A stretch of 64,000 nucleotides of DNA from Macrostomum lignano (lineage: Eukaryota). The stretch covers positions 124,001-188,000 of the forward strand of contig NIVC01000268.1 of the NCBI GenBank assembly GCA_002269645.1, written 5' to 3'. Shown here piece by piece: positions 26,916 to 39,120 of the stretch. Every line of letters starts with the position of its first letter. Positions within the stretch are counted from its first letter, which is position 1. The position numbers and the translations under genes are program-made. The notes beneath the pieces are model-generated. The model made no database searches. It saw only the letters and a program-made list of their open reading frames with translations, and was not told the DNA's origin.

Positions 26916-28952
26916 TTACAGGCGTCGGCCTCTGCGGCCGCCCTTGCGCCGGGTGCAGTCGCTAGGGATCGGGGTCACGTCCTCGATTCGGCCAATTTTC
27001 ATGCCCGAGCGGGCCAGAGCTCGCAGCGCAGACTGGGCGCCGGGGCCGGGGGTTCGAGTCCTGTTACCGCCCGTAGCCCGGATGCGAACGTGCAGGGCGT
27101 TGATGCCGAGGTTTTTGCAGCGTTCGGCCACGTCTTGGGCGGCCAGCATAGCGGCGTAGGGCGAGCTCTCGTCTCGGTCGGCCTTCACTTTCATGCCGCC
27201 GGTGACGCGAACGATGGTCTCGCTGCATGTGGCGTCGGTTTAGTAAATTGAGTGGAATCTCACCCATACATTGGAGACGAAAAGTAGAATCTCACCCATA
27301 GATTGGAGACGACAAGTAGAATCTCACCCATAGATTAGAGACGACAAGTATAATCTCACCCATAGATTAGACGACAAGTAGAATCTCACCCATAGATTAG
27401 AGACGACAAGTAGAATCTCATGCATAGATTAGAGGCAACAGTAGAATCTCACCCATAGATTAGAGATGACAGTAGAATCTGACCCATAGATTAGAGATGA
27501 CAGTAGAATCTCACCCATAGATTAGACGACAAGTAGAATCTCACCCATATATTAGAGATGACAGTAGAATATCACCCATAGATTAGAGATGACAGTAGAA
27601 TCTCACCCATAGATTAGAGATGACAGTAGAATCTCACCCATATATTAGAGATGACAGTAGAACATCACCCATAGATTAGAGATGACAGTAGAATCTCACC
27701 CATAGATTAGAGACGACAAGTAGAATCTCACCCATAGATTAGAGATGACAGTAGAATATCACCCATAGATTAGAGATGACAGTAGAATCTAACCCATAGA
27801 TTAGAGACGACAAAAAGAATCTCACGCATAGATTAGAGACGACAAGTAGAATCTTACCCATAGATTAGAGACGACAGTAGAATATCACCTATAGATTAGA
27901 GACGACAGTAGAATATCACCCATAGATTAGAGATGACGGTAGAATCTCACCTATAGATTAGAGACGACAAATAGAATTTTACCCATAGATTAGAGATGAT
28001 AATAGAATTTCACCCATAGATTAGAGATGACAGTAGAATCTCACCCATAGATTAAAGATGACAGTAGAATCTGACCCATAGATTAGAGACAACAGTAGAA
28101 TATCACCCATAGATTAGAGATGATAGTAGAATCTCACCCATAGATTAGAGATGACAGTAGAATGTCACCCATAGATTAGAGATGATAGTAGAATCTCACC
28201 CATAGATTAGAGATGACAGTAGAATCTCACCCATAGATTAAAGATGACAGTAGAATATCACCCATAGATTAGAGACGACAGTAGAATCTCACCCATAGAT
28301 TAGAGATGACAGTAGAATCTCACCCATAGATTGAAGACGACAAGTAGAATCTCACCCATAGATTAGAGATGACAGTAGAATATCACCCATAGATTAGAGA
28401 TGACAGTAGAATATCACCCATATATTAGAGATGACAGTAGAATATCACCTATAGATTAGAGATGACAGTAGAATCTCACCCATAGATTAGAGATGACAGT
28501 AGAATATCACCCATATATTAGAGATGACAGTAGAATATCACCTATAGATTAGAGATGACAGTAGAATCTCACCCATAGATTAGAGACGACAAGTAGAATC
28601 TCACCCATAGATTAGAGGCAACAGTAGAATCTCACCCATAGATTAGAGGCAACAGTAGAATCTGACCCATAGATTAGAGACGACAGTAGAATGTCACCCA
28701 TAGATTAGAGACAACAGTAGAATCTCACACGGTCACACCATAAAAGATACTCCAATGCAATAAAAATCAGGGCCACACAAAAAACAGGTAACCAATCACT
28801 ACTCACGAGCCAGTCGGGTCGGTGACGTGCACAAAGGTGTCGTTAAACGAAGCAAAGATGTGAGCAACTCCGAACACAATCTCCCCTTCGGCCACCTGAG
28901 GCCCCAGCTGGACCTGCTCTTCCTTCTTGGGTGCTCCTTTGCGGGGCGCCAT
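26916..28952 (-). CDS. RPS14: 40S ribosomal protein S14 (uS11), 150 aa; exons 28952-28807 and 27222-26916
   Basis: MAPRKG...[19 protein letters not shown] | [32 protein letters not shown]...[19 protein letters not shown]; canonical phase-2 GTGAGT/CAG intron. Confidence 0.98.
27250..28728. repeat. 31-32-bp minisatellite filling the RPS14 intron
   Basis: Unit AGTAGAATCTCACCCATAGATTAGAGATGAC. Confidence 0.96.
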
Positions 28953-29269
28953 AGGTCACTTGAGCTGAAAGTGAGCATGCATTGATTGTGTTAAAGCTGA
29001 CAATTGACAATTAAAACACGATGTGATAAAGAAACCAATTAAAATTTTAATACAAATTGAAATTGAAAAAAATAAAGAAACTAAGAAGACGCATTCATGA
29101 AAGATCTTTTAAAATAACTGCAACGCTGTGTATTTAAACAAATACAAAATTGATTAATTGCATGCATGCTCAACGTTTTATTTCTGCCTATAACATTGGG
29201 CATTGCTTAGCTGCGTTGCAAAAGTGCAAAGATTAGGAGACACAACAAAAGGATCTGAGGATTTAAAAA

Positions 29270-29690
29270 TATGAGAACCCAGTCTAGGGATTCAGATGGA
29301 AACCCAATCTGAGGATTAAGAAATATGAGAACCCAATCTGAGGATTAAGAAATATGAGAACCCAATCTGAGGATTAAGAAACATGAGAACCCAATCTAAG
29401 GATTAAGAAATATGAGAACCCAATCTGAGGATTAAGAAACATGAGAACCCAATCTAAGGATTAAGAAATATGAGAACTCAATCTGAGGATTAAGAAACAT
29501 GAGAACCCAATCTAAGGATTAAGAAATATGAGAACCCAATCTGGGGATTAAGAAATATGAGAACCCAATCTGAGGATTAAGAAATATGAGAACCGAATCT
29601 GAGGATTAAGAAATATGAGAACCCGATCTGAGGATTAAGAAATATGAGAAACCAATCTGAGGATTAAGAAATATGATAACCCGATCTCTA
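29270..29690. repeat. 29-bp minisatellite (GAGGATTAAGAAATATGAGAACCCAATCT) between MRPL39 stop and RPS14
   Basis: Visible tandem units. Confidence 0.93.
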
Positions 29691-29777
29691 CACACACACA
29701 CAAGCCAGAAGCTAAAGCAACGCAGGTCCTATATATAGCTTATTATTGTTTTAAGACGAGACGGCCTACAAAAACTG

Positions 29778-32700
29778 TCAGACTTCGGCATGCTGAGCAG
29801 CCCTGTCCTTCTGCTGCTGCTGGGGTCTCCTAGGAGTGCCAGGCTTAGTAGGCAGAAACGCCCTATTCAACACAGCCGCCCGTTGTTCCAGCAATTCAAC
29901 AGAGCTGAAATGCGTCAAGAAAGCGCGCGGCACGGCGAAGCCCTGCACTCGCATTAGCTGGCCAAAATCTGGCGCGTCGATTTGGTGCACAGCGGCAAAG
30001 GCGAACCTGCCAATTAGGCCGGTACGAGAGATCATTGGGCCGGAGCTCAAATCGACAAAATTGCCAACGCGATACACGGTTAGAATCTGATCGGGCTTGG
30101 ACTGCAGTATGCTGCGAATTGCTGCCTGTTTTGCTTCGTTATGCTTGAACATCTCCATGACAACGGGGCCGGGCGCGTCCATCGGTTGGAAGGCGTGATC
30201 GGCCGCCATTAGCCGCTCGGCTGCTAGGCTGAGGCCACGCAATTCCGATCGGCTGGGACTCCATGTTAGCGGCTCGCCGCTGCCAGCCCGCGACACCTGT
30301 GGATTTGTTCTTTTATCTTGTCAAGGCTATTTAGGGATTCCCCCATTCTGCCCCGGTTATTGAGGGATTCCCCCGCCATTCTGCCAAGGTTATTGAGGGA
30401 TTTCCCCGCCATTCTGCCCCGGTTATTGAGGGATTCCCCCGCCATTCTGCCAAAGTTATTGAGGGATTCCCCCGCCATTCTGCCCCGGTTATTGAGGGAT
30501 TTCCCCTCATTCTGCCAAGGTTATTGAGGGATTCCCCCGCCATTCTGCCCAGGTGCGTTGAGGGATTCCCCCACCATTCTGCCCAGATCGTTGAGTGATT
30601 CTCCCGCTATTCTGCCCAGGTTGTTGAGGGATTTCACCGCCATTCTGCTCAGGTTACTGGTGGATTCGGAGCCATTCTGCCAAGGATATTGAGGATTCCC
30701 CGCCTTTCTGCCCCTGTTATTGAGATTCACCCGCCATTCTGCTCAGGTTACTGGTGGATTCGGAGCCATTCTGCCAAGGATATTGAGGATTCCCCGCCTT
30801 TCTGCCCCTGTTATTGAGATTCACCCGCCATTCTGCGAAGGTTATTGAGGGATTCCCCTGCCATTCTGTCAAGTTTATTGAGGGATTCCCCACCATTCTG
30901 CCAAGGTTATTGAGGGATTCCCCGCCATTCTGCCCAGGTCGTTGAGGGATTCCCCCACCAGTCTGCCCAGATCGTTGAGTGATTCTCCCGCTATTCTGCC
31001 CAGGTCGTTGAGGGATTTCCCCGTCATTCTGCTCAGGTCATTTAGGGAGTTCCCTAACATTCTGCCCAGGTTATTGAGGGATTCCCCCACCATTCTGCCC
31101 CGGTTATTGGGGGATTCCCAACCATTCTGCCCCGGTTATTAAGAGATTCTCCGCCGGCCACTCTGCGCCGGCAATATAGGGATTCCCCGCTGTTCTGCCC
31201 ATATTAGTTCTGTCAGGGTCGTTTAGGGATTTTCCCACCGGTCTGCCAAGGTCAATTAGGGATTTCCCCGTCTCTGTTAAGGTCATCTGGAGATTTCTCT
31301 GACCTGTATTTGTCAATGTCAGAATAAAAAAAATCTCGGGTTCTCATACCTGACAGTCGTAGACGAAGCTTCCACTTTTGATGTAAGGAATAGGGAAACT
31401 GATCAGCTTGACATTGTAGGCCTCTTTGAAAGCGGTCTCGAATACCGAGCCAATCAGTAGAGAGCCCGATCGCCAAAGCGCTGTGTTGCACAACTTGATA
31501 CCTTTGAAAACAATTTTAATAGCAACGTAAGACGATTTGCTTTTTTCGTTAAGCAAAGTGGCTTTTGGGGTACGAAGAAATTATTCACACAACATATCGG
31601 AAAATTATTTAAAGCATTGTGTTCAACCAATTTCTTAGTATCAGTAAAAACTGATTGATGTTATACAGAAGTGAGAAGAAAATGCATAACATTAACGTCC
31701 TTAATCTTTGTAGCCTAATGGGGGTTGGGAATTGTAGCCTAGTGGGGGATTGTAGCCTAGTGGGTAATTGTAGCCTAGTGGGTAATTGTAGCCTAGTGGG
31801 GAATTGTAGCCTAGTGGGAATAGTAGCCTAGTGGGGAATTGTAGCTTAGTGGGGAATAGTAGCCTAGTGGGGGATTGTAGCTTAGTGGGGAATTGTAGCC
31901 TAGTGGGGAATTGTAGCCTAGTGGGGAATTGTAGCCTAGTGGGGAATTGTAGCCTAGTGGGGAATAGTAGCCTAGTGGGGAATCGTAGCCTAGTGGGGAA
32001 TTGTAGCCTAGTGGGGAATTGTAGCCTAGTGGGGAATTGTAGCCTAGTGGGGAATTGTAGCTTAGTGGGGAATAGTAGCCTAGTGGGGGACTTTAGCCTA
32101 GTGGGGAATAGTAGCCTAGTGGGGAATTGTAGCCTAGTGGGGGATTGTAGCTTAGTGGGGGATTCTAGCCTAGCGGTTAGTGTTGAAATCCCGACCGAAA
32201 GGTCGGGGGTTCGATTCCCGATCCCACTCGGAACAATTTGTGTCCTTGAGCAAGACGCTTAACTCTGCATTGTTTTAGTTCACCCAGCTGTAAAATGGGT
32301 GCCAGCATTAGCTGGGGTAATTGAGGGTGTGTGTGGCGACCCTCCAGTCCTTGGACTGAACAGCCGTACGCAGCCATCAGATGCAATAAGCAATAGCTGC
32401 GGCTGAGCTGTCAGTTTCCCGACCTTTCTACCTTTCTTCATTCTTCCCATATCTCTAAATACACCCCAAATAATATTTACCATCAGCTTCCTCTTTACTG
32501 CCGGGAGTTTTAAAGTTAAGAAACGCCAAGGAACAGCTGGTATTCAATGGCCGATGCATGTCCCAGGCTGTGCTGCCATTAACTATAGCCAGCACCGATT
32601 CCGAGCTCAATTCCTCTGACAGATGCTTAGCAGCGTCTAGTGGAGTTGAGACGCCTTTGTTTAAAAACAGACTATGCGACTGACCGTCTGGTCCAGTATA

Positions 32701-32958
32701 GACAACTTCGATTTTATCAATAGATCGTTTGGATCGTTTTAATTGACGCTCGAACTCTTCGTTAAATATGGCCAGCCGGTGGGCCTGTTGGGCATCCCCA
32801 GAGACTGCGGCTGCACTTGAATCTGTGCTGGACAATGCCGTAGAAGGAGCTTGCATTGAAGAGCTTGCATGATGATCAACGCTCATGGGACTTCTTTGCT
32901 GGTATAGAGCCAGCCGGCACAATGGCCGCAGAGAATGGCGAAATGTAGCCAGAGACAT
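29778..32958 (-). CDS. MRPL39: Mitochondrial ribosomal protein L39 (mL39, ThrRS-like), ~382 aa; exons 32958-32481, 31501-31350, 30296-29778
   Basis: Arg/Ser-rich presequence, TGS-like LNKGVSTPLDAAKHL..AWDMHRPL, ALWRSGSLLIGSVFETAFK..SGSFVYD, VGNFVDLSSGPMISRTGLIGRF..RVQGFAVP. Three canonical exons sum to 1149 nt. Confidence 0.92.
30320..31290. repeat. 32-33-bp minisatellite in MRPL39 intron 2
   Basis: Unit ATTCTGCCCCGGTTATTGAGGGATTCCCCGCC. Confidence 0.93.
31720..32175 (+). repeat. 18-bp minisatellite (AGCCTAGTGGGGAATTGT) running into the A box of the adjacent SINE
   Basis: Each unit contains TAGCCTAGTGG, matching the A-box consensus TRGCNNARYGG. Confidence 0.9.
32166..32410 (+). mobile_element. 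tRNA-headed CORE-like SINE in MRPL39 intron 1
   Basis: A box TAGCCTAGCGG (32166), B box GGTTCGATTCC (32208), CORE-like TGTGTCCTTGAGCAAGACGCTTAAC...CACCCAGCTGTAAAATGGGT; second partial copy at 4190-4318. Confidence 0.85.
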
Positions 32959-33804
32959 TTATATAACCAGATAATAACAATTACATAAATTCAGCATAAA
33001 AATATTTATTTTCAATTCAAAATTTAAGTTATTAAAAAACTGATTACATTTTGTAAAAAAAAATATTTGATTTACAAATTTATAGATAGTTCAAGACCAG
33101 GACTTCAATTTGTACCAGGATACTAAAGGAGCTTGGGATGAAAGCAGTGGTTTTACAATCACAATCACTATCTAATGTAGGATCAAATTCAATTTTTTGT
33201 GGATTGGCCAGGACCTAGATTAAATTCTCAATTTTTGTTAGAATTCTAGGATTTTGCAAGTGAAATTAAAATCCCATTCTACCTCTGTTATATTTTTAAA
33301 ACTGTTTGCAAATACTGTAAAATAGTAAATATACATACATAACATTTAAGATTATTTGCAACTTAATTTTGAAACTTATCAAATTTTGACAACAAAGTAA
33401 ACAATTATCAATTCTGCAACTTATCCTTGGCCTATTGTATTGCAAAAACTAGTTATATCATTCTGATTCTGAATTAAAAATATGTACATAGCTACAATCT
33501 AAATATATAACTTGTAAATTAATTAATATTCTTAATTTAGATAAACAGCATATTATGAAAAATGTGATACTTTTATGAATAAGTTTTTCTTATTATTTGT
33601 GACTTAATAAATTGTAAATTGCTTGGATGACTGCTCTATAATAGCAGTTTAGCTGAAAAGACTAGCAATCTTCGCCCCCTGTTGGGGGACATCTGGATAG
33701 AATATCTGTTCTCTACAAGTAACAAAAAGACAGCCAAATAAAGCCTTCACAAAGACAACAGACAAACTGCTCAAATAAAGTGCAATGCAAAAAGAAATCA
33801 TCCC

Positions 33805-34100
33805 AAGACAGCAAGCATCCCCGAGATAGCAAGCATCCCCCAAATAGCAAGCACCCCAGATAGCAAGCATCCCTAAATAGTAAGCATCCACCAGACAATA
33901 AGTAGCTAGTGCAACAATTTCCTTAGCTCTATAGTGGCTCCTTTAAAATTGGCATGACGCTTACTTTTACGTTTGACATGGTGGCTCTTTAATGTTTGAC
34001 ATGGTGGCTCTTTAACGTTAGACATGGTGGCTCTTTAATGTTAGACATGGTGGCTCTTTAATGTTCGACATTGTGGCTCTATAATGTTCGACATTGTGCT
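33805..34100. repeat. Two short arrays: ~17-bp GCAAGCATCCCCAAATA and 23-bp GACATGGTGGCTCTTTAATGTTA
   Basis: Visible tandem units at about 33805-33895 and 33945-34100. Confidence 0.8.
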
Positions 34101-37100
34101 TTTTTGTGTTTAGCATTTTTTGTTTTTAAGGTTTTTTAATAAAAAAATCTTTTTGCACTACTAAGATTCGAACCCATGTCGCTGCATTAGCAGTCCAGTC
34201 TGTTTGCATCTTCTATGCTATCTCTTGTCAATTGGAGAACATGAATTGTGGCCCTTATAATTAAATTCTTATAGCAAATTGGTTAGAGTAAAAAGTTATG
34301 ACATAATCAATTTCTCAGTCAGCCAGTATCAGTGTCAATTTAAGTTAGCAATATTGTTACGCAATTTAAATCAAGTCGTGTGTGCATTTCTTTGGCACTG
34401 TTTTCAACTTGTTGTGATGCAATCTTTATCAGAATTGAAATTCTGTCAGTCAGGTTTTTATCTAGCATTCTTACAATGCATTTCAGGTCGAAAGAGCTGC
34501 TTGACCTTTGCAAAAAAGCATGTTTTTCGAATATTTAATCCCTTTAATATTGAGCAATGTCTTAGCCAAGATGCATGTACCATCCCAGGAAAATTTCTGA
34601 TCGAATGGTGCAAGTTTGAAGAAAATTGGTTGAGCCATTTTTTCTGAAATCAATCGCATACCCATATACAGACAACTCATTTTTAGTATATAGGATGGAA
34701 TAACAAAGAAAGTGCATTATGAAGGTTGTTTAAAAAAAGTGCAAAAATTCTATGTTCCATATAATTTAATCATAATAGAATAATGTTTTTTAATAATAAT
34801 CAGTTAACTTTTAATTAACTTAACAAAATTATAAGTCAATAAGTTATAACTTTTTGTTTTAATGCTAAAACTTGCAGTTAATAGAAGTTAAGATACTTAT
34901 TAACAGTGCCTAACACTGTTTTTATGACAACAGTTATAATAAAAGCTAATAACATTATATATTTAAGTAACAAAGAGCAAGAATGCATGGTTGGAAAATG
35001 AAATACTTTTATGGCAATATCACATAGAAGTATATTTTAATATATAGTAAAATTTGTTCTTTTTAAAAAAACTCAATTTTATTGTCTAAATAGAGTTTAG
35101 CATTCTTGACTTAAATATAGCAAGAAGGAAAAAGAAACAAATAACAATATTTCATTTAAGCAATTAGGGTTTTAATTTTAGTCAGAGTAGGCCTATAGTA
35201 TAATTTAGAAAGTCAGGACCATTATGATTAAAAGCATATAACAACCCTATAGCATGGCTATTACATATTACAAAACCTAGTCTAGAAATTAAAAAAATAA
35301 ATGATAGACAATTGATCTAGGAAAAAAGGTAGCAATGTAATACATAGTTTCTTTATTAAATTATTTCCATATACTAAAAATGGTCTTTTTATCTATTATT
35401 GTTTATCAATACTTCTCTGCATTTTGTTGACTCAAATGACCTTAAACTATATATACAATTTATATTATCAACTAGATACTTTTAAATATACTAAATCTCT
35501 ATAATTCACTAAGTTTAGGTTTACATGAAAATAAAGTTCTTGCATAGCACCAATAATGGCCTTTTCAATTCTCATTTTAGCAAGTTCTTGTAGTTCTAAT
35601 CAAGTGCCAATGCCAACTTTTACCTAGAAAGCTTAATAAGCTTATAACTGCTAAAGATCAACTTAGTTGCTCAGATAATGCAAATGAATAATGCCAATAA
35701 TATTGGTGGCCATGTAATTATAAAAATACTATTTAATGTAATTACAAGTTTATTATAAGTCTATAAAAGAATATTTTTAGTAACTTAAGCATTCAAAATC
35801 TAGAAAGAGAAAATAAATTGTTATTTGTTGTCTAGTTATTAATATTATTAATAGGGCCTAGTATAAATAGCAAGATATTTTACTATTTATCTAGTTAATA
35901 CTGGATAATAAGACTAAACAACTGCCAAAAAGAAAACCTTTATTGAATCAATAAATAATTTTAGTCTATAGAATTGTTTTCCTTTCTATGAAATTATGGA
36001 TCTTTTGCATTTAAATTATTGACACATAATATCCTAACCTAAAATTTGAACTAGGCCTAAACAAGAAAGAATTTTACTTGGCTTAACTTCTAATATGTTT
36101 GTAAAAGCTCATTCACACTATTCCTAATTTAAAAATTGAAGCCGTATATTGATAGTTGCACTAAAAAATTAATAGACCCCTATGTACCAAGTGTTTCGTA
36201 CCAATTATAAAAAAATTATGGAGCAAGCTAGTAGTTGTTGTTATTGCTACATAGCTACAAAATAATAGGAACTCATACCCCCTGACTTGATCATAGACCC
36301 ACTACTATACCATACTTCTAGTTCTATACTTCTTTTTTAGTTTTTATTTTTTTACTGTTAACTGTTATAGACCTACTGACTACTGTTATTAAAGTGTTAC
36401 AGAATCTTGAGATTACAGGTTTGTAAAAATTTTTCGTCATTGCTTTTATATTTTTTCAACAGTTGTTTTTTATCAGTTTTGGGGGTATGGTCAGCGGCAC
36501 CGAGTAAATTAAATCTTAAATCTTTAAGTTACAGTTAAAGAATACAAAAGAATAATAACACTACAGGCAGTCTAGCAAATTCCCTTGCGCAATTTCAATT
36601 CATGGTAAACAGCATAAGTTTGAAAAACAAACGCAATTACTCTCTAGATTAAACAAAGTTTCTTTAGTATTACTATCTTACAAACAATACTGTAAAAAAA
36701 TAGTAAAAAATTAATAATTTACTATTTGAATAGAAATTTGTTTAATAAATTGTTATTAGTCATTGCGAAGGTGCATTTAGCATGACTACTGACCCAAGGA
36801 CAACTACTGTACGAAGTATATAGCTATACAGTGGTCCTTGCATTGACCAGTGAAGTATGAAAAAGGCTGGGCGGTCTTTGAACCAATTAAGTCGGTTCAT
36901 ACACACTTCGTCATCCTACTACAACGATCGTCATCTTAAACTTTTTTGTGATCTACTTTGAATAGGACACTCGCGTCATCTGCAAATATAGGCATGCTTT
37001 TAAGTTGGTCAGCTATACATACAAATCGTCACTCAACCAATAAAAACTATTCTACATGTACATATGTAGACTGTGGCGGCCAGACTGGTGCACGGTTGAG

Positions 37101-39120
37101 AGCGGGGCCCGCCTGTGCACAGGCCCCTGCACGCCTGCACTGCATTTTTGAGTCAGAGTGAGTCAGACTGAGTTTTGCCCAGCCAGCCAGTTCGGTCTGA
37201 CTCACACCTCCCTATTCTCTGAAGTATAAAATCTATGCTTAAACAAATATACACAAGATCTTTCGCTCGCTTGCTGCTTTTCAAGCTTCCACTCGCAAGC
37301 CGCTTCAAGACTCAATTTACATGAAGATACTTACATGTATTGTGGAGCCTACTAACAACTCCAAATGAATATAAGACAATTAGTGTGTGAGCTGCCTAGG
37401 ATTCAGCCGACGGATATTACTAATGTATGAAGTCTACATGTATACCATTATGCAATGTATAAAAGTACATATAATTGTCGGAAACGTCGGCCGAAGTAGC
37501 AGATGGCTAGCTGTGGGGCACCCTCCCTGATCACGAGCTGGGTCATCTCATGCAGCTTCCATCTGATGACGCGCGCAGTGCAATTCTCACGTGGAGAGAC
37601 GGAACCCGACACACTGACTGAATGCATGGGAAAAACCTTCCCGATCTGTCTTTTCACCAACCATGCACAATCGGTCTTGCCAAGAAGCGGATGAGTGCGC
37701 GACGATCATCCTCAGTCAGGAAAAGACGCCATGCTGCGTCGAGGAGCTCGATATCTACATATGTAGCTATTTATGATGGCTCACGCCCCACCTCCAGAAT
37801 TTTGCATCCGTTTCAATGTTCTAAAAGACGTGCATAATTTTATATCCATGTGTCGAAAATTACACATGCATGTTTTAACAATTTAATTTTTATCTATCAG
37901 TTTGCAACAAGCAATTAGGAACGGCGCTAGCATATCTTCCAGCTGACGCACCCCCGGAGGATGTCTCAAAAGAATTAGCTAAGTCCGATATAGTATAGGC
38001 GCCGTCCGGTGCTGAAATAGCAGCTTTTGTATCGCCGGTAAATCATATGGTTACGAAACATTATTGCAATTTATCATTGCCACGCATGTCCTGCAGCTCG
38101 CTAGCTATAGCGCGACGCGATATATGGCAGACTCGCTATACAGATATACATGTAGCTACATGTAGCTACACGGTCTTCTAGAACGAATTGTCCTAGCTTG
38201 CTATCACAGCTCTAGCTTAAGCTAGCTGCAGAACTGAATGCCAAAAGTACAAGAGAAGAGACTATATCTAAATTACATGTATGTATATCTCGTCACCCAA
38301 TGTGACAGCAAAGCGCGGCCTCGCTGCAGGCTCTTTTGCCACGCCACTAAGAACTCCCCTAGCCAGTAGCAATGTCAGGTTAAGTGGATCCCAGGGTACG
38401 CAGGTTTAATGCCAGGGAAGGAGTTGGCAGACGTATACATGTACACCCTCGCCAAGAGGGACGGCTCTGGCTCCTCCTGATGGGTCCCGACCCGAATTAG
38501 GCTATCGTAGATGTAAATCCTACTACAAGGAAGGAAGAAACAAATTATCAAGGCATTTTATTAGAAGCTACATAGCTATTTGATACACAACTTGTTGACC
38601 CTTTACACTGCACATATGACTTTAAAAAATAAAATAACCAAATTTTGCGTTAGTATAGTTACTTTTTCAATTATATTTTTTGAACAAATGTAGTGCATGG
38701 AGTAGCTGAAAGAAAAATAAAGCCCAATTGTTTTTATAGCTATTAAACGCAGAACCAATTAATTCTAATAATGAATAATAATTCAATAATAAACTAGTAT
38801 ACCATGTATAGTTTAGACTGGTTAGTGTAGCTATCGATCTTGCCTGCATTAATACGCAAGCTGTCAATGAACTGTATACAAAAGAAAATATCGACCGATG
38901 TAGATTTGATAGACAGATGATACATATAGGTCAATTGGAGATGGCAATTCAGATACGAGTTCGTAACAAACTATTTATAAAAGATAAGTACGAGCGTACT
39001 CGCATGTACAAATTCAGACGACATCTTTTGATTGTAAGGTTCGATCCAATATAAAAAGCTCTAGCTATTGCCGAAAAAAGGATAAGCTAAAATACGCAAA
39101 TCCGCTTCAATGGTGTCGAT

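Noticed and set aside
27250-28728. Regular ~31-bp repeats resembling a CRISPR array
   Set aside because: No unique spacers, no cas genes, and located in a eukaryotic intron.
34155-34232. tRNA-like sequence on the minus strand with GGTTCGAATC
   Set aside because: No complete cloverleaf or acceptor stem; probably a decayed SINE head, not a tRNA gene.
37308-37324. AAGACTCAATTTACAT(G), a 13-nt match to the SL-like motif (again at 43380-43395)
   Set aside because: Short, AT-rich, antisense to the nearby LRAT gene and not at a gene 5' end; cannot be separated from chance without a genome-wide count.
38471-38510. Hammerhead-ribozyme-like CTGATG-GGT-CCCG-ACC-CGAA
   Set aside because: Core lacks A9 and A15.1, and stem I cannot be formed; at best a dead relic.
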